A stretch of DNA of 64,000 bases, taken from Halocafeteria seosinensis. Lineage: Eukaryota. Under the pieces are notes generated by a model. The model was not told the origin of the DNA, did no database searches, and was given only the letters and a program-made list of their open reading frames with translations. Positions within the stretch are counted from its first letter, which is position 1, and each line of letters starts with the position of its first letter. Shown piece after piece: positions 1 through 13,452 of this stretch. Location of the stretch: positions 1 through 64,000 of the forward strand of contig LVLI01000350.1 of assembly GCA_001687465.1 (NCBI GenBank), in the 5' to 3' direction. Position numbers and translations under genes: made by a program.

Positions 1-723
1 GCCCCATTCTTGCCTCCATCGTTCCTTTCGCACCGCAACTAACATAGCCGCTGTGCTTAGAAGGGCTCTACTCATCAAAAGAGAGCGCATGGATACCATC
101 TCACTCGAATTTGTCGTATCAATACACTAGTAAACTCAGTTTAATTCCTTCAGCCAGCCTGCAAAGGCGTGTCCGGTCCTTCATTCCCCGGGACACTTAT
201 TAATTTTACGGTCTACTCTACCCCGACTAGCCTCACCTGATCAGGATATGCCTGAAAATCCAAGATTTCCTGGCTGGTGGGCTATCTGTCACATGTCTGC
301 CGCAGTCCGTTGTGAGCATTTAGCTGGACGTCGGCGAACAAAGCGGCAACAATCGCAATTACCGGTGTATTCTGAGGTGTGGCTGGATTCCTTTACGGAA
401 TCTTAGCAAGAAGTGGAGGCTGCTCCGGTCAGTCTTACCTCTGTAGTACCGGTGGTCACAGGCCAAGCACCTGAAAAAGGAGAAATTTCTCAGAAAAAAA
501 CTTGTGCAAAGCTTAAGCAACTAATCGGAAAAAAGAAAAGAACTGTATTTCTACACAAAGTACGCTCATGAGCAAACAATGTTTATGTCCCTAACAAGTA
601 ATGATCACTCACCACCTGTGCCAAATGACCCATTTGTAAGGTAATTGATAGTTTCCGAGCTATGCTGACCACCCAAAACATGATGATGTTGCGCGTTGAA
701 CGATTTTAGGCGGGGCCGGAAGA

Positions 724-1983
724 ATGCGACACGCGTTTCGCAAGGAATTGCAATGGAGAGCAGCACGGAACAAGTTGACATGGACTTGGCCATCTGCTGT
801 CACCACGATTCCAAGGCTATCGAGGCCCTTTTCAACGCGCCCTCTGCAGCACCAAGAACGGAGACTGCTCCAGTACGTTCCTACCACTGCTCTGCGCTGG
901 TCTTCCTGGTTTACCGAGAACGAATCTTTAATGGCAATTTCACTGCAGCTTCCCTACGTGGCTCGTCTATGACGTAATTACATCAGTTGACGATTACAAA
1001 TATTTCGTACCATGGTGCGTGGATTCGGTAGTTACTCGTAAGGATGTAAGTGTCTCTCTCGTGAAAACTACCATATGGAATGAGACAATTACATAACATG
1101 TGTTACCTCCTAACAGGATGCTTACCTGGAAGCTCAGCTAGCTGTCGGATTTAATGTCTTCCGAGAAAACTATACCTCGGCAGTGACGCTAGAGAATCAT
1201 GACCATTATAAGAAAGTTATCGCCTTAGCTAAAAATACGCAAATATTCCATTTCTTGCAAAATGAATGGTATCTTCAACCAGTCGTGTCGGAGCAAACGG
1301 CGCATGCTTTGCAGAAGGAAGGGAGGCTACAAAAGCCAGAGGACCTTGCACTATGCGAATCATGTTGGGTTTCTCTCCGTGTGGAGTTTGCGTTTCGGTC
1401 CTCCTTATATGCCCAAGCGTCATCTATGTTCTTGGATCAAGTAGTCCGCAGAATGGCGGAGGCTTTCGCAAAAAGATGTCACCACCGTTATAAGCGAGCT
1501 CTGCGCACAGGAGAGCTAAGGGATAGATATGAAGCCCAATTCGACAGGCTAGTTAGGACGGGAGTGATTGCCACAGGGAAGCAAACAAAACACCTACCTA
1601 GGGAGAACGGCACTCCCCCAGAGGATGTAGACCCAGGAAACGTTTACGAGGAAACAACCGACGAATCAAGATACGATTCCCAGAATACACGAAACAGGAA
1701 CTTATTTCGAAGGTTTCGGGAGTTCTTAAAATCTTTACCAAAACGGTTGTTCCTCCGTTTCTTCAAGAAACCGATGGACGAGTTCTCTTCAAACTACAAT
1801 AGTCCGGCTCGAGGGAGTGTTGACAGTACAGATGATAGTGATCAACATTCCGGGAATCGGGACAAGGAACAGACCCCAACGGGTGCTGCCAACGATAACA
1901 AGCCAATCGAACGTGCATCTTCGTCGCTATCTAGAAAGGCCCCCAAGCGTCCGCAGATCCCCAACACGTACTCCTGGTGGTGA
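724..1983 (+). CDS. COQ10: Coenzyme Q-binding START-domain protein with C-terminal extension (3 exons)
   Basis: Arg-rich presequence-like N-terminus. Splicing GT-AG introns at ~873-948 and ~1047-1116 gives ERRLL..FPTWLVYDVITSVDDYKYFVPWCVDS..LEAQLAVGFNVFRENYTSAV..VEFAFRSSLYAQ..MAEAFAKRC, typical of COQ10. Confidence 0.85.
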
Positions 1984-2312
1984 TACCCGCCAAATTAATG
2001 TCGTTCGTACGTACACGTAGGCGACCAAGGATGAGTAGAGATACTAGTACCTCCACACAGCAACCTCGATTAGAGACAGAAGTCTGGCACTGAGCCTGAC
2101 GGATGTACTACTTGTCTTAAACATAATGGCACTGGTAGAGTCCAACCAGCGTTAGCTTGTGCGCCCCTAGCTCTCGTCATAGAATAACGATTGGACTCGT
2201 GTGGGCGAAGTGTCACAGTCTCATGCAATTTGAAAGGAAGTGCACGATAACACTCCAGAATTGTAACAGGGGCGAAGTCGGGGTCCCTTCTTGTCCCCAA
2301 AGCACCACTCTA

Positions 2313-3120
2313 CTAGCTTTGGGGCCAGGGGTTATCACATTCTGTTGTAAAAGCAACATCATACAGAGTAGCAATATCCTGCAATGGCAGTTTGTGAAAC
2401 AATATGGCTCAGTCCTGCGTTTTGGGCGCTCCGAAGAAACGATAGCAATGAATTACCTACCTGGCAAGGCTCATCAACTCGGGTAGCTACACGAATCCTA
2501 GAAAAACATTCGCGGCTTAAATTTGCCTCCTGTAAGGCACAACGTACAGGACCCTCGTTGAATATACACACAGACGATATATGTTCGAGCTCAAAACCTA
2601 CAATGGGTCCTCCTATCCTAAGATCGAACACAGTATTCGCCCCAGCTTCACTCTTCGTTCCTTCAGGCATAAGCTGCACAGGATCGGGTGTAAGCATTTT
2701 CCAAGAGCCATATTCGTCTTGTAGAATACACAGTTCACTACAGAAATAGTTGCGAAACCTCAAGTGGTGCCAATAGCGGGTATCCAACACCACTTCACCA
2801 CATCTCCAGTTGCCTCCACCCACTTTCTTTGCTACTTCCTGTGGGAACTCGACTGCCCCTTGCCAATCAGCTTTGAGCGTCATCTCAGTCTTCCTCTTCC
2901 CTGGAGGATTCATTGCCTTCCCATTGGGTGCATTATCCACCTGGGAATGGACGGGAGAACTGTGGCCTCGAGCATCCCCCGTAGGAACCGAATGTTTGTG
3001 CGTGTGATGAGCTTTGAACTTCCGAAAGAGTTCATCGTCCTCTTCATAGGATGAACTATTATCGGCACTGCTTTCTTCGCCTCCATCAATGTAATCATAC
3101 CAATGAGGGTCCAATGCCAT
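2313..3120 (-). CDS. Nicolin-1-like protein (tubulin polyglutamylase complex subunit family), spliced; 3' end approximate
   Basis: HLRFRNYFCSELCILQ..W..LMPEGTKSEAGANTVF resembles the remembered NICN1 pattern ITFKNYYTAFLSI..LMPDPHSEEGAQ; acidic N-terminus. Confidence 0.45.
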
Positions 3121-3429
3121 CGTTCAGTTAAGGTCGTTGGTGATGATTGTCCTCGTTCCGTACAGCCCCCACAACAAAGGAGCTCAGCATGAACCAATGC
3201 AGATATGCACTCTATAGAAAAGTGGAAAAAAAATGAGGTAATGGCACCAAAATCATCCTGTATAGTCCATCTGAGTGGCCTCGGCATGGCCTTCACAACG
3301 CCGTTTTTGTGAAGTTCCTCTAATCGAGCTCTATATACACTGCATAGCGGTAGTACAGGTTGAAAAGAGGGTAGGAATGTGCACATATGTGTGTCTGGTG
3401 CAGTGGAACTCACGAAAAATGCATGTAAA

Positions 3430-5455
3430 ATGGAGGTGGAATGGCGCAGATACGTAAGCTATTCCCACCGCTTCGGCGTTGTAATTGCGCTGGGGCTCGT
3501 ATTGAGGGTGCTAGTGGCCCTTCATGGCCATTCAGGTGCGTCATTAGTAGTCTTAAACTTTGTTCCCATGGGTGCCTCGGTTATGCTCGTTTGTTTGCAC
3601 CACAGGCGAAGGGAAACCTCCCATGCATGGGGACTTTGAAGCGCAGAGGCATTGGATGGAAATAACTGTGAATTTGCCCCCTTCCGAATGGTATCATGAC
3701 TCTCCATCTAATAACCTCGAATATTGGGGATTAGATTATCCACCACTTAGTGCGTACCATTCTTGGCTCTTCGGGAAGATTGCTCAACGGATATATCCGC
3801 CACTCGTGGAATTATTCAAATCCCGTGGTATCGAAACCAGTGAGGCTAAAGTACGTTTCGTAATGCACGGATTTCCGTTCACATGCACCTTACCTTTTCC
3901 GTGTCTCCAGCTGTTCATGAGACTAAGTGTCTTGTTCAGCGAGCTGATTTTTGTCCTGGCCCTTTGGATAACGTATAGATGCTTATTGCCTGCGGCTGAA
4001 GCTACGACATCTAGCAGCAGCCTGTGGATCGATACTGAAACACAGGCCGACCTAGCATTAGCGGTTGTAGCAGCCCAGTTTTTGAATCCAGCATTGCTAC
4101 TCATAGATCATGGGCATTTCCAGTATAACCATGTTGCTCTCGCGTTTTGCCAACTCTCGCTCATCTTCCTTGCCAAAGCGTTGGCAACAACGACAGGTGC
4201 TTCAGGAAAGCAGAGGAACACGGATATGTCTATTTTTACGTGGCTAGCTTCTGGTGCAATGGCGTATGCAATCGCGCTATGCTTTAAGCAAATGAGTTTA
4301 TACATTGCTCCGGCTCTCGCAATGGGGCTGGGACTTCTTGTTTTTGACAGTGGTCACGTGTCTGCTGGTTGGGTTTCCAAGACTGTGGGGGTGACACTCG
4401 TATCAGGAGGGACTATTCTGTTTCTAAGCTTTGCTCCTTTGCTGAGATGGGATGCGCTTGGTCTTGGTATGCGACAAGGTACGCCAGCTGTCGATAGGAC
4501 CGTTGAGGCAGTGTCCAGATATTACAGAAGTGTGCTTTCCCGTTCATTAAGCCAGTACTTTACAGACTGTTTCCTGTGTCACGGGGAATATTTGAAGATA
4601 AGGTTGCGTCCTTGTGGTGTGCACTGGATCCCATCCTGAAGCTGAGACGTCGTATTTTATCGAACGAACTAAGCGTTAAGTGGATGCTGGTCGTCTGGTA
4701 TGGTATTGAATTTGGGTTGCCTTAATGTTCGGTGTCCTGTACCTGTTATATCATATCGTCTGCTTGCAGCATGTTGACCACTCTTGTTCTCCTAAGTCCT
4801 TTGGGGATGTATCTACGCAGATGCGTAAGCAAACGAGGGAATAGGATCAAGAATACTTTTTCCATGTCCTTCTGGACAATCAATATTGCTTCGGTCATAT
4901 CCTCGTGGGCATTTTTCCTGGGGTCGTTTCAAGGTAAGCGCATAAGTTGTATTCCGAGAGGGCGACGTTGATGGGAACAAGTTGGCTTCTACAGTGCACG
5001 AGAAAACTATACTGTTTTCCCTTCTCCCGTTGTGCAACTTAGTGGGAATACAGTCTCATAGTCCGCAAGTAGTGGATGGCGGACAATATTTGCGCGTTTT
5101 GCGTGATGCTTGGGGTGCCTGTTTATTGACTTTGTTTCCACTCCTCCGTAGAGATGGGCAGTACATACCGTTTTGGTTATTGGCAATTGGCTTTCTTGTC
5201 CAAACTCGCTGCGCAAGCGACATATCTTCAAGAAGTCCGCAATTTTCTGAATGGCTGACGGACAAGTGCATCACTGGGGGTGTAGGTTTGCTATGTCTAC
5301 TGCAGATCGGGTCCTGTGTCTTGCCTAATCCAATTGGCAGATGGCCGGATATCTACCCTCAGCTCACGGCTACAGCAGGTGCAGCCACCATTGGTAGTGC
5401 CCTTTGGTCGTCTATCTCGAGGCTATTGGGCAGTTTCAAAGAGAAAAAGCCCTAA
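3430..5455 (+). CDS. ALG6: Dolichyl-PP-Man9GlcNAc2 alpha-1,3-glucosyltransferase (multi-exon)
   Basis: [49 protein letters not shown], spliced [15 protein letters not shown] and FQVHEKTIL; C-terminal KEKKP resembles a dilysine ER signal. Confidence 0.95.
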
Positions 5456-6182
5456 CCGGATATTAGGGCTGTATTTGAATGGAATAGAGGAGTGGTTGCA
5501 ATCAGCTCGCCTCAAAGATCGTCCGAGTACTTACCGGTGCCCCACTGGAACCGTAGTCTACAGGGATGATCGAAGTTTGCCCGATGGGACATCATCATCC
5601 GCGGTGTAACTTCTTTTAACCAGCTGAGATGGGTCCAATGCTTTAAGCGGGGCCTTAGCAGACAATTCACATTGAGACGTAGTTGAAAAGATGGAAAAGC
5701 AAAAGAAAAAGGATTGAAAATGTCGTAGAGAGGGGAATGTGTAAAAGTAAGCCTATTTTAGTCTGAAGGAGAGTCCCAAGTGCCCAATTGGCATTTTGGC
5801 GGTTCGATTATAATCTTTTCGTCAAGCGAAATGCGGGAGAAAGAGATTCGTTCGAAATATTGAGAACTCGGCGGGACTCTCAAAGAGCTTGTTGGGTTGT
5901 TGTGTGGCCTCATAACTGGGCAATATCGTTCCAGGGTATATTTTTCTGGGAAAGGGACGATCGAATAACATATGCGCATGTTATGCTATAGGACATGTAT
6001 TCTCTCCGCAGATGACCACAAAAAGGAGGGTAGTGCGAGGAAGATGTATATTTCTTGTCCTTTCTCTTTCAACAAGCACAAAAGAGAAAATGGTTCAAAC
6101 TATTCAACGGAAGCACTCATCTTAATGTCGGTAGCAGTAACAGCTCGCAGTTTGCTGAAAAATCCCGCGAGGTGCTTATCAC

Positions 6183-6789
6183 TGACACGCGAGAGTTTCC
6201 TCAGGCTTGTCAAGAATTTCCCAATTATTTTCTACTTCAGCTGGAGGAATTGACAGTGCTTTCGGTCCTGCTTTACGAGTTAGAGTAATAACACTCAATG
6301 TATGAAACCTATATCAAGTATTACAAACGTCTTACCCGGCTTGCATAACCAAAACTGCGTCAAACTGTGAATAGCGTCAACTACTCTCAGGATGAAGTGA
6401 TCTATCACGTCGTCTACTTCCTCCTCGTCGCTAAGGATTTCCCAGAGTAGATCCCTGAAAGTCCATACGCCCCATTCCTCGTCCCTTCTAGCATAAACAC
6501 TAACATCACCGTTTTGCAGCCAATCATTTTCCGCCCACGATCTATCAAACTGTTTCATCCAGTCCTCTGACCAGGATGTGGGGTGCGTATCTGTTGGACA
6601 ACTTGGATCATTCAGCGGTGTATAGCTCAGAAGGTCCCTGATACTCTGCAGTACTTCCCAAACCTCCTTCTTCTTATTTTCATTGCCGTTGCATAGACAC
6701 TCCACATCCCGTTTCAGAATCACGGAAAAGGAAGGAGCTTCCAGCATGTGTACAGCTGCGCAGTCACTGTTGGACGCAAGAGCGCTCAT
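6183..6789 (-). CDS. Hypothetical protein (2 exons)
   Basis: 164-aa ORF with a GTAAGA donor near 6335 splicing in frame to GPKALSIPPAEVENNWEILDKPEETLACQ*; no family recognised. Confidence 0.5.
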
Positions 6790-7487
6790 TTCTAGTGTGC
6801 AATCGCTTTAACTTCCTCCTGATAAAATATCCGAGCCAAAAAAGTTTTTCAACACGTGTTGGAGAAAGTTACTCAAGTTAACGACTTACCTTTTCGCCGA
6901 AATGGACTTTCTCAACCACAAATGCAATGAGAATATAAATAGTTAATGCTCTAGAGAAAATGATTTAATTTGCGCTGACAACATATAGTTAAACTGAATA
7001 TAGAAATTAGCAGCAGACTTGAACTTTAGCACGTGAAGTTACACGGGACCTGAAGACTTCTGAAGTTCGAAGTGTAACGGGTCTGAACTTCGTTCAAGAA
7101 GTCACTGAGAAGTTGCGAGGCACCCTTACCACCCTTAGATGGCCAAAATGTGAAGAATTCCTCCAAGAAGACAAGATTCAATTCCTCAACCATATGAATC
7201 AGCTATATGATGTTATGCCCACACGGATAAACTCTTTTCCACAACTTGTTTGTACCTGAAAACCAGACAAACAAATGTTGGAGTCCAGAAATAAATGAAT
7301 GACCGAACTGATACAGGGCTTCTCGAATGTCGATGAATGAGTATCATGAGTTTTATCACAGTTTTGAAAGTTGTGCCGTGCCTATCCTTTCTGTGAATGG
7401 GGACGCTTTTGTAAAGTGCAGTTGAGCGCCCGTGAAGCTGGAGGACCGTTAACACACTAGCGTCAAGCTCACCGTTGGGGAGCCAAT

Positions 7488-10400
7488 ATGGACTACTCAG
7501 GCCCAGAAGAAGACACTGCGGTGTCTCATGATCATCGTAAAGCCGATATGGATAGCTCAGTTGTACAGGAAAGTGATGCAACTCAGCAGGAGCCTGCGCC
7601 TCACGTCCAAACCTCCGAGTACGATGTGGATAATGGACCAGATTCTGGGAGATCTCATGAACAAAGGGAGTCCGGAAACTCGCGAGAAGGAGATTCACCC
7701 AGAGGTAATTTTGCCGCTAGCAGTGAAGGAGGAGGAAAAGGTGGTAGTTCGTCTCAGCTCAAAAGAACTCAACCTTCCTCCGCGTCCACAGCGCGCTCCA
7801 TTAGTCGAGCTACAAGGGATCATTCACAGATTGACCGACTTTGTCAGATGTTTATCGATGAACATTCGGAGGACTTGATACAGCGTCAAATAGACAGTTT
7901 GATCAGTTTCCTGCAGAATAATGAAAATGGGTAAGTAGCTACGATAGTGTCCTGCAACGTAGATAGTTGAGAGTTACGCGACGACGTCTCCATTGGATCC
8001 AGGTATGATATTCGAACCATTGACGGATTAGCAGATCTTATACCACTAGTGGCGGAAAGTGTTGATCGGCGAACTCACCGGGAGTTTCCACCTCTCCTCG
8101 CTCAAATTATTGCTCTGTGTCAGAAGCCAATCCGAACTGACTTTTCTAGTGAATCGACGTCCCAAGATCAGACCTTGTCGAAGTTTCTGCGATCGCTCAA
8201 AGATTTGCTATACTCGCGAAGCGAATGTGTACGTGTTGCTGCAATGGAGACTCTCTCTTGGTTTGCTGCGTCCGATGAAATATACAAGGCTTGGCTTGGG
8301 GAAGGGTCTCACCGTAAACTGGATAGTCGAGATTTGTCGTTGAGGGAGCATATCCGGAAGTTAATTCCCCGATGCGGCATTCTTGCGGACGTTATACACC
8401 AGTTTCAACAGCAGATCGATGAATTGACACTCCCCCCTAGTACTGGTGATGATGATGATCAAGGAGGCAAGGAGCAAAAACGAGAAACAACAAATGGTTC
8501 AGAGGGGTTAACCAGCCGTATTGATGTTCTTGCGGATTCCTTAGGATCTACAGCTGGCTTGAATACCCCGATTGTGCGAAATACTAGCTTAATGCAGGGC
8601 ATCAATTTGCCATATTTTTTGGAAGTTATCGTCCGGTTTCTTGAATGGACGTCGGAGTACCCTCTGAGCTCGAAAGTGCTGATCAAAAACGGAATTTGTG
8701 GCTCAGTAGTGACTTTGTTGGATTATTTGGCTAGCACAAGGCTTGAATATCGGATATTACCGCATATATGTGGCCTTCTATGGAACGTATGCGAACATTC
8801 CTTGAGACGATTTTCATCATCGGAGGTAGTTTTGTCCCTCGCTTCTCTGCTGAGGAAACATCGTTTTCACAACGCGTGCTATCTGCTATCTAAAACTCCT
8901 GTTTTCCTAATATTGAATCAGCTGCTCGAGAAAGTCGTTCAAACCACACGAAAGGCTGATGATAAAAGCATCAGGAATGACCTAACAATAATCGTCACAC
9001 TCGTATGTAAGTCACCGTCTCCTCCGCCCACAGAGAGTGGTAACGGACCTCAAAACATGGATCCCTACGGAGGAGACCGCGTTTTAGCAGACCTGGTTGA
9101 GTCTTTTGCTAGCGATTTTCAAGACAATGATAAGTTTCATAATGGAGGAGCTCTATGCTTGAAATCTGGCTTGTTGAATACGGTTCTTGTTTACGGATGT
9201 GCATGCGAAATGGGTCTGCAAACTGAGGGTTCCTATAGATGGTTTGGGACGTCCGACGAGGCTGATCTCGAATTCAAGCAACTTTTGTGGGACTTAGTGC
9301 TTGTTTGCGTAAATGCCGAAACGGAAGCGTATCGATGGGTACATGAAGCGGAGAAAGAACTAGAACGGTACCGATCAGTCACGCGCACTTCGGATTCAAT
9401 GACGCATCAGCAGGACGGAGAACTCGGCTTTGCCAGTACAGCTGATTTTAGCTGGCCTGTGCTGCGGGAAGTAAAACACTCCAGCTTCATTCAAACTCTT
9501 TTGGCGTATCTGGACCCTCTTCAAGAATCTCACCCATACCTTGCTACCTGGAGCCCTGCACAACGACGTACATTAGAACTTCAGTCCTTGTCAATACTGA
9601 CGCAGTTAGCCCCTTTGTGTCTACCAGAGTTTGGTGAAGCTGGGGGTATCGAAGTGCTGACGCTATACTTGAGAAAGCATTGTAGTTTCCTGAGCGTGAA
9701 CCAATTACAAGGGAGGAAACCAGCTGCAGAGAACAGTGTCTTGGAACTCTTACGAGAGTACGGACTTCTTGATTTGTATCAAAGCCACTGCCGTGTGTCT
9801 GTAGAGGATGACGACGAAGATGAACCAGTTCATAATTCATGCTCGGAAGGTGAACATGATAATGATAGATTTTACTTAGCACTCAAACTGGTTGCTGCCG
9901 TCGCTGGTTTCAACGTCGGCATAACAGGAATGGGAACAAGCCTTCCATGGAATAGGAACTCGGGTAGAACCCCTCTAGTACAGACTTCTCCTGAGGCTTC
10001 TGCAAGAAAGTACTTGGATTCATTTTCCAGTAGCAATAAAGAGTCTGATAAAACAAGTAAAGAAGGGGAGTTATTGAATCCTCAGTGGGCCCCCGTAGAC
10101 TACTCAGAAGAGTTTGGCCATTTCGGCTGCCCGGAAGACATTGTCTACACTCTCGCTATGTTGTCATTCGATGCTCAATCGGCAGTAAGTACGCAAGGAC
10201 ATGCTTCTGCATTAGAATTGTCTACTACACAAAGCATGACACAAATGGGAGGCGCAATTGGTATAGAGAATCAAACTTCGAACATTTCTCAAACTCAAGG
10301 TTCCAAGCAAACGCTCGGTATCGTCGCCAGTATGGGAGGTGCATCTACACCGGTCGGTCACGTCGTTGAAATGGCTCTGATAGCGATCTCAGGCTTATGT

Positions 10401-12050
10401 CAAGCCCGCAATGTCCCAGAGCCGGAGCTCAGAGGCACAGAGTCAAATTCTGTAGCCGAAGAAGCTGCAGCAGCTGTGGAGGCATCAAAGAGCATGGAAA
10501 TTGAACTAGAAGCAAGAGCTCGCAATAATCGATTACGTCTACTAAATTGTGGAGCTACGGAGATACTACTTGTGTGGTTGCGATGCTATATGAAGCAGCA
10601 AATGAAACAGCATTATCACGATATATCAGACGAAGTTAACGGGCCTACTCCACCGGAACATTCGAAGCAAAGTCAAACATCAATGAAGGCCCACGTCCTG
10701 GGCGCCAAAATGAAAGGAGGAGAACGACCTCCCGCCGGTCGCCCTAGACTCAAAAGAGTATTTACTAATACTGCCGCAGCCGCTGGAGAAGCTGGAGATG
10801 CATCTGGTTTCCCCAGGGTGGGAGCTGCAATACTTTCCGCTATATGGGCTTTATGTACAGAACTTGAGGCCATTGAAATATTTGTGCGGGGCGACGGGAT
10901 TCCAATGCTTTTGGACCTTTTGGAAATTTGCCCTCATGAAGAAAAGGGGCAAATTTTAGGCTTTCTGGCGGATTTAACAAGTGTGAATAGAGAGTCAGAT
11001 AAATGGCAGTGGCAAAACAAAGGCGAACGAGAGGTGATATCCCTCGTTAGCGGAGACCACATGTCTAGAGAGAGTATATCAAACTCTATCCGAAGCTTTA
11101 TTCAGGGATGGAGGAGCAGTGTCTCCGGAAATAATGCTTTATACGTACTATGTCGGATATGGGCCAATGAAGAAGATAGACTGGGAATAAAACGAGGCCA
11201 ATTCGGAGAAATCTTGCAATTCATACGCCCCTTGGATGGAAGAGAAACTGATGACGAACACGAGGAAGTAGCGTCCGCCAACGGAGCCCCTTCTTTCGCT
11301 TCTCAGTCTACGTTGGTTCCCAAATTGTCCAGTAGAAACCGCCCTCATCTCTCTAACCACTCCATTGAGGGGGAAATGAGTGTTGGCGAAGGGTCACGAA
11401 GCTCCGCATTTGACCGACTGAAGGATGCATTGCGAGCAGCGAAAATGTGGCAACAACTTGAAGGACGAGAACCAAAGCGGTCAGTCCAGAAATCAAAATG
11501 TATTAGCTCGGTGGAGGAAGAAGTACGAAAGAGCATGGATTTGCGCCCCAAACTATTCTGTCTTTTTGATGCTTTTGGTTTCGAAGAAATTTATGAGGGA
11601 CAGATGGGTCCTTTTGAGAAAGTGGCTAAGTACCCTAGACTGCAAAACGTATTAGCCTTGGCAGAATATTTTCAAGAACTCTTGATATATGCCATGTGGG
11701 ATGATGTGCGTCGATCGCTCTCTGGAGAACCTGTAGAAGGCTGGGAGGAACGTGACAAGGCTGCTGCCGTAGTTGGGGTCACTTCAGATAGACAGCCGGT
11801 AAAACCTATAGGAGCCGATGCTGCGATATTAGCATCAAGACTTGAAGATGGTACTTTAACAGCAATGTCCGTCAAACGCAAACAAGAAGACATAATTGCA
11901 GCAACCAGGAACGCCCAATCGCGGGACGAGCAGGAGGAAATGCAGAAGGTCTTGAACCGACGAGCAGCTGACGAGAGGAATGCGAAACTTGCAGCCGCCA
12001 CTAAACGCAGGAGAAGCAGCAAAGAAAAGACCTTGATGAAGAATGCGTAG
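7488..12050 (+). CDS. CFAP69: Cilia- and flagella-associated protein 69 (ARM-like)
   Basis: Short first exon, intron ~7931-8002, then a 1333-aa ORF. DEADLEFKQLLW, WSPAQRRTLELQSLSILTQLAP, GIPMLLDLLEICP, IWANEEDRLGIKR and MDLRPKLF match remembered CFAP69 blocks. Confidence 0.8.
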
Positions 12051-12388
12051 AACTACAGTGAAGCTGAAAGCTCCTAGCAATTCGCTTTGTAACAGAGCAG
12101 AACAAGTAATATCTCCAACAAAAGGAGATCACAGGGACTGTGGCTCCTGTATTACGTTCCTTTTGGCGCGACCAACGTAGTCTCGGAACATTAGTGAGAT
12201 AAATAGACCTGAACCATTTCATCTCGTTTACCGCCATTTGTCAACTTGACACTTAACTTCTGTGCATTCCCTTTGTCTTCTTTCCTTATCATTAATATGC
12301 AATGGGGTCAGATGCACGGGAAACGACGCTTCATAGTGTTTGCCTAATGGCAGAAATGTCACCCGCGCCCATTCAATTCGAAGTGCCC

Positions 12389-13213
12389 TCAAACACTGAA
12401 CGATCTAGCAGCTTTTGGCGGCACGGTGGTAAACTTGATCAAAAGGTAGGGAAACAAAATCGTAGAGAATATCGCTGTACCGAAGAACGTGTTAACTGGG
12501 AATTGCTGCCACCACTTCTCCCAGTCCAGTGGAGTAACCACACTTCCCAACCAAGCACCAATTACTCCCATAAACGCAGTTAGGATGATTAAAGGGCTAT
12601 CTTTCGGCGTCCAATCTTGCCTGGAAACGAGTGGGTGCCCTTCGTCTTTAGGGTCGATTTGATCATGGTGCATATCGGTAATCGCCTGATTCAGCCACTT
12701 CACGACGTTGGGCGTCTCAACACCACAAGCGCATATACTAGCCGCCATCTGTACAGAATGCGTCCACGCCCACATGAGGGTATCCACGCGCATGGGGGTT
12801 CCAAATAAGAAGGCCAACACGAGGAGAATGCCTGTAAGCTGTCCGCAACTAAGGGCGAACTCCCGGCTCTGTACAAGCTTCCTGGAACTGAGACTGGCTC
12901 CCCCGTAAATTAACACCGTCTGTCCGAGAAGTGTCAAGGACGTGGCCAGAGTCCGTCGCGTTCCCGATGAGAAGTAGTCTTCGTCTTTCCATTGTTGCCT
13001 GCGGAAGATTGCAAGCAAGGTGTCAACCAAGCACCACGGATGTATAATGAGGCACATACGAGATCCAGCAGAGAATGTACCAACCACTGGTGGCTGTCGC
13101 CACCAGTGTGAGAAGTCCCCGTTTGTTCCGGCTATTTCTCCATGACAACGATGGCGAAGGAAATGGAAACATATTGCACGTACTTCGTAAGGAGTTGACG
13201 CGTGACAATCCAT
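12389..13213 (-). CDS. PIGF: GPI anchor biosynthesis protein PIG-F/Gpi11 (5' end uncertain)
   Basis: GAWLGSVVTPLDWEKWWQQFP is the PIG-F signature (GAWxGxxxxPLDWxRxWQxWP); LFGTP and hydrophobic helices upstream. Confidence 0.85.
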   Translation of the reverse strand: MDCHASTPYEVRAICFHFLRHRCHGEIAGTNGDFSHWWRQPPVVGTFSAGSRMCLIIHPWCLVDTLLAIFRRQQWKDEDYFSSGTRRTLATSLTLLGQTVLIYGGASLSSRKLVQSREFALSCGQLTGILLVLAFLFGTPMRVDTLMWAWTHSVQMAASICACGVETPNVVKWLNQAITDMHHDQIDPKDEGHPLVSRQDWTPKDSPLIILTAFMGVIGAWLGSVVTPLDWEKWWQQFPVNTFFGTAIFSTILFPYLLIKFTTVPPKAARSFSV

Positions 13214-13452
13214 TGTGAAATGGACATTTTATTATGCAACCTTTTTCACAATGGTTGACAAACTATCCAAAAATGGCGTAAGTTTCAAATATCATTAACA
13301 TACATTTCTTCAATTGAACACGAGCCATACTGATTCACACATTGCTTGTGTGAACGGCTGCTCTTATTATTAATTCAGGACTACTGATCTAGTCGAAAGC
13401 TCCACTCGAAAAGATCATTTTCCTGCAGAAATTCGGTTGCTCGGTGAATCTA

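Noticed and set aside
1..260. Possible RNase MRP RNA on the minus strand (AAUGGGGC at the window edge, GUCCCGGGG upstream)
   Set aside because: The CR-I match is poor (no GAAAGUCCCC) and the putative 3' end is cut by the window. Nearby splice-like sites suggest exons of a truncated gene, which I also cannot support.
1119..1132. U1-like ATGCTTACCTGG
   Set aside because: Lies within the COQ10 exon (DAYLE); no further U1 sequence follows.
5460..6180. Additional gene between ALG6 and the hypothetical gene at 6183-6789
   Set aside because: Only short ORFs with no consistent exon chain or motif.
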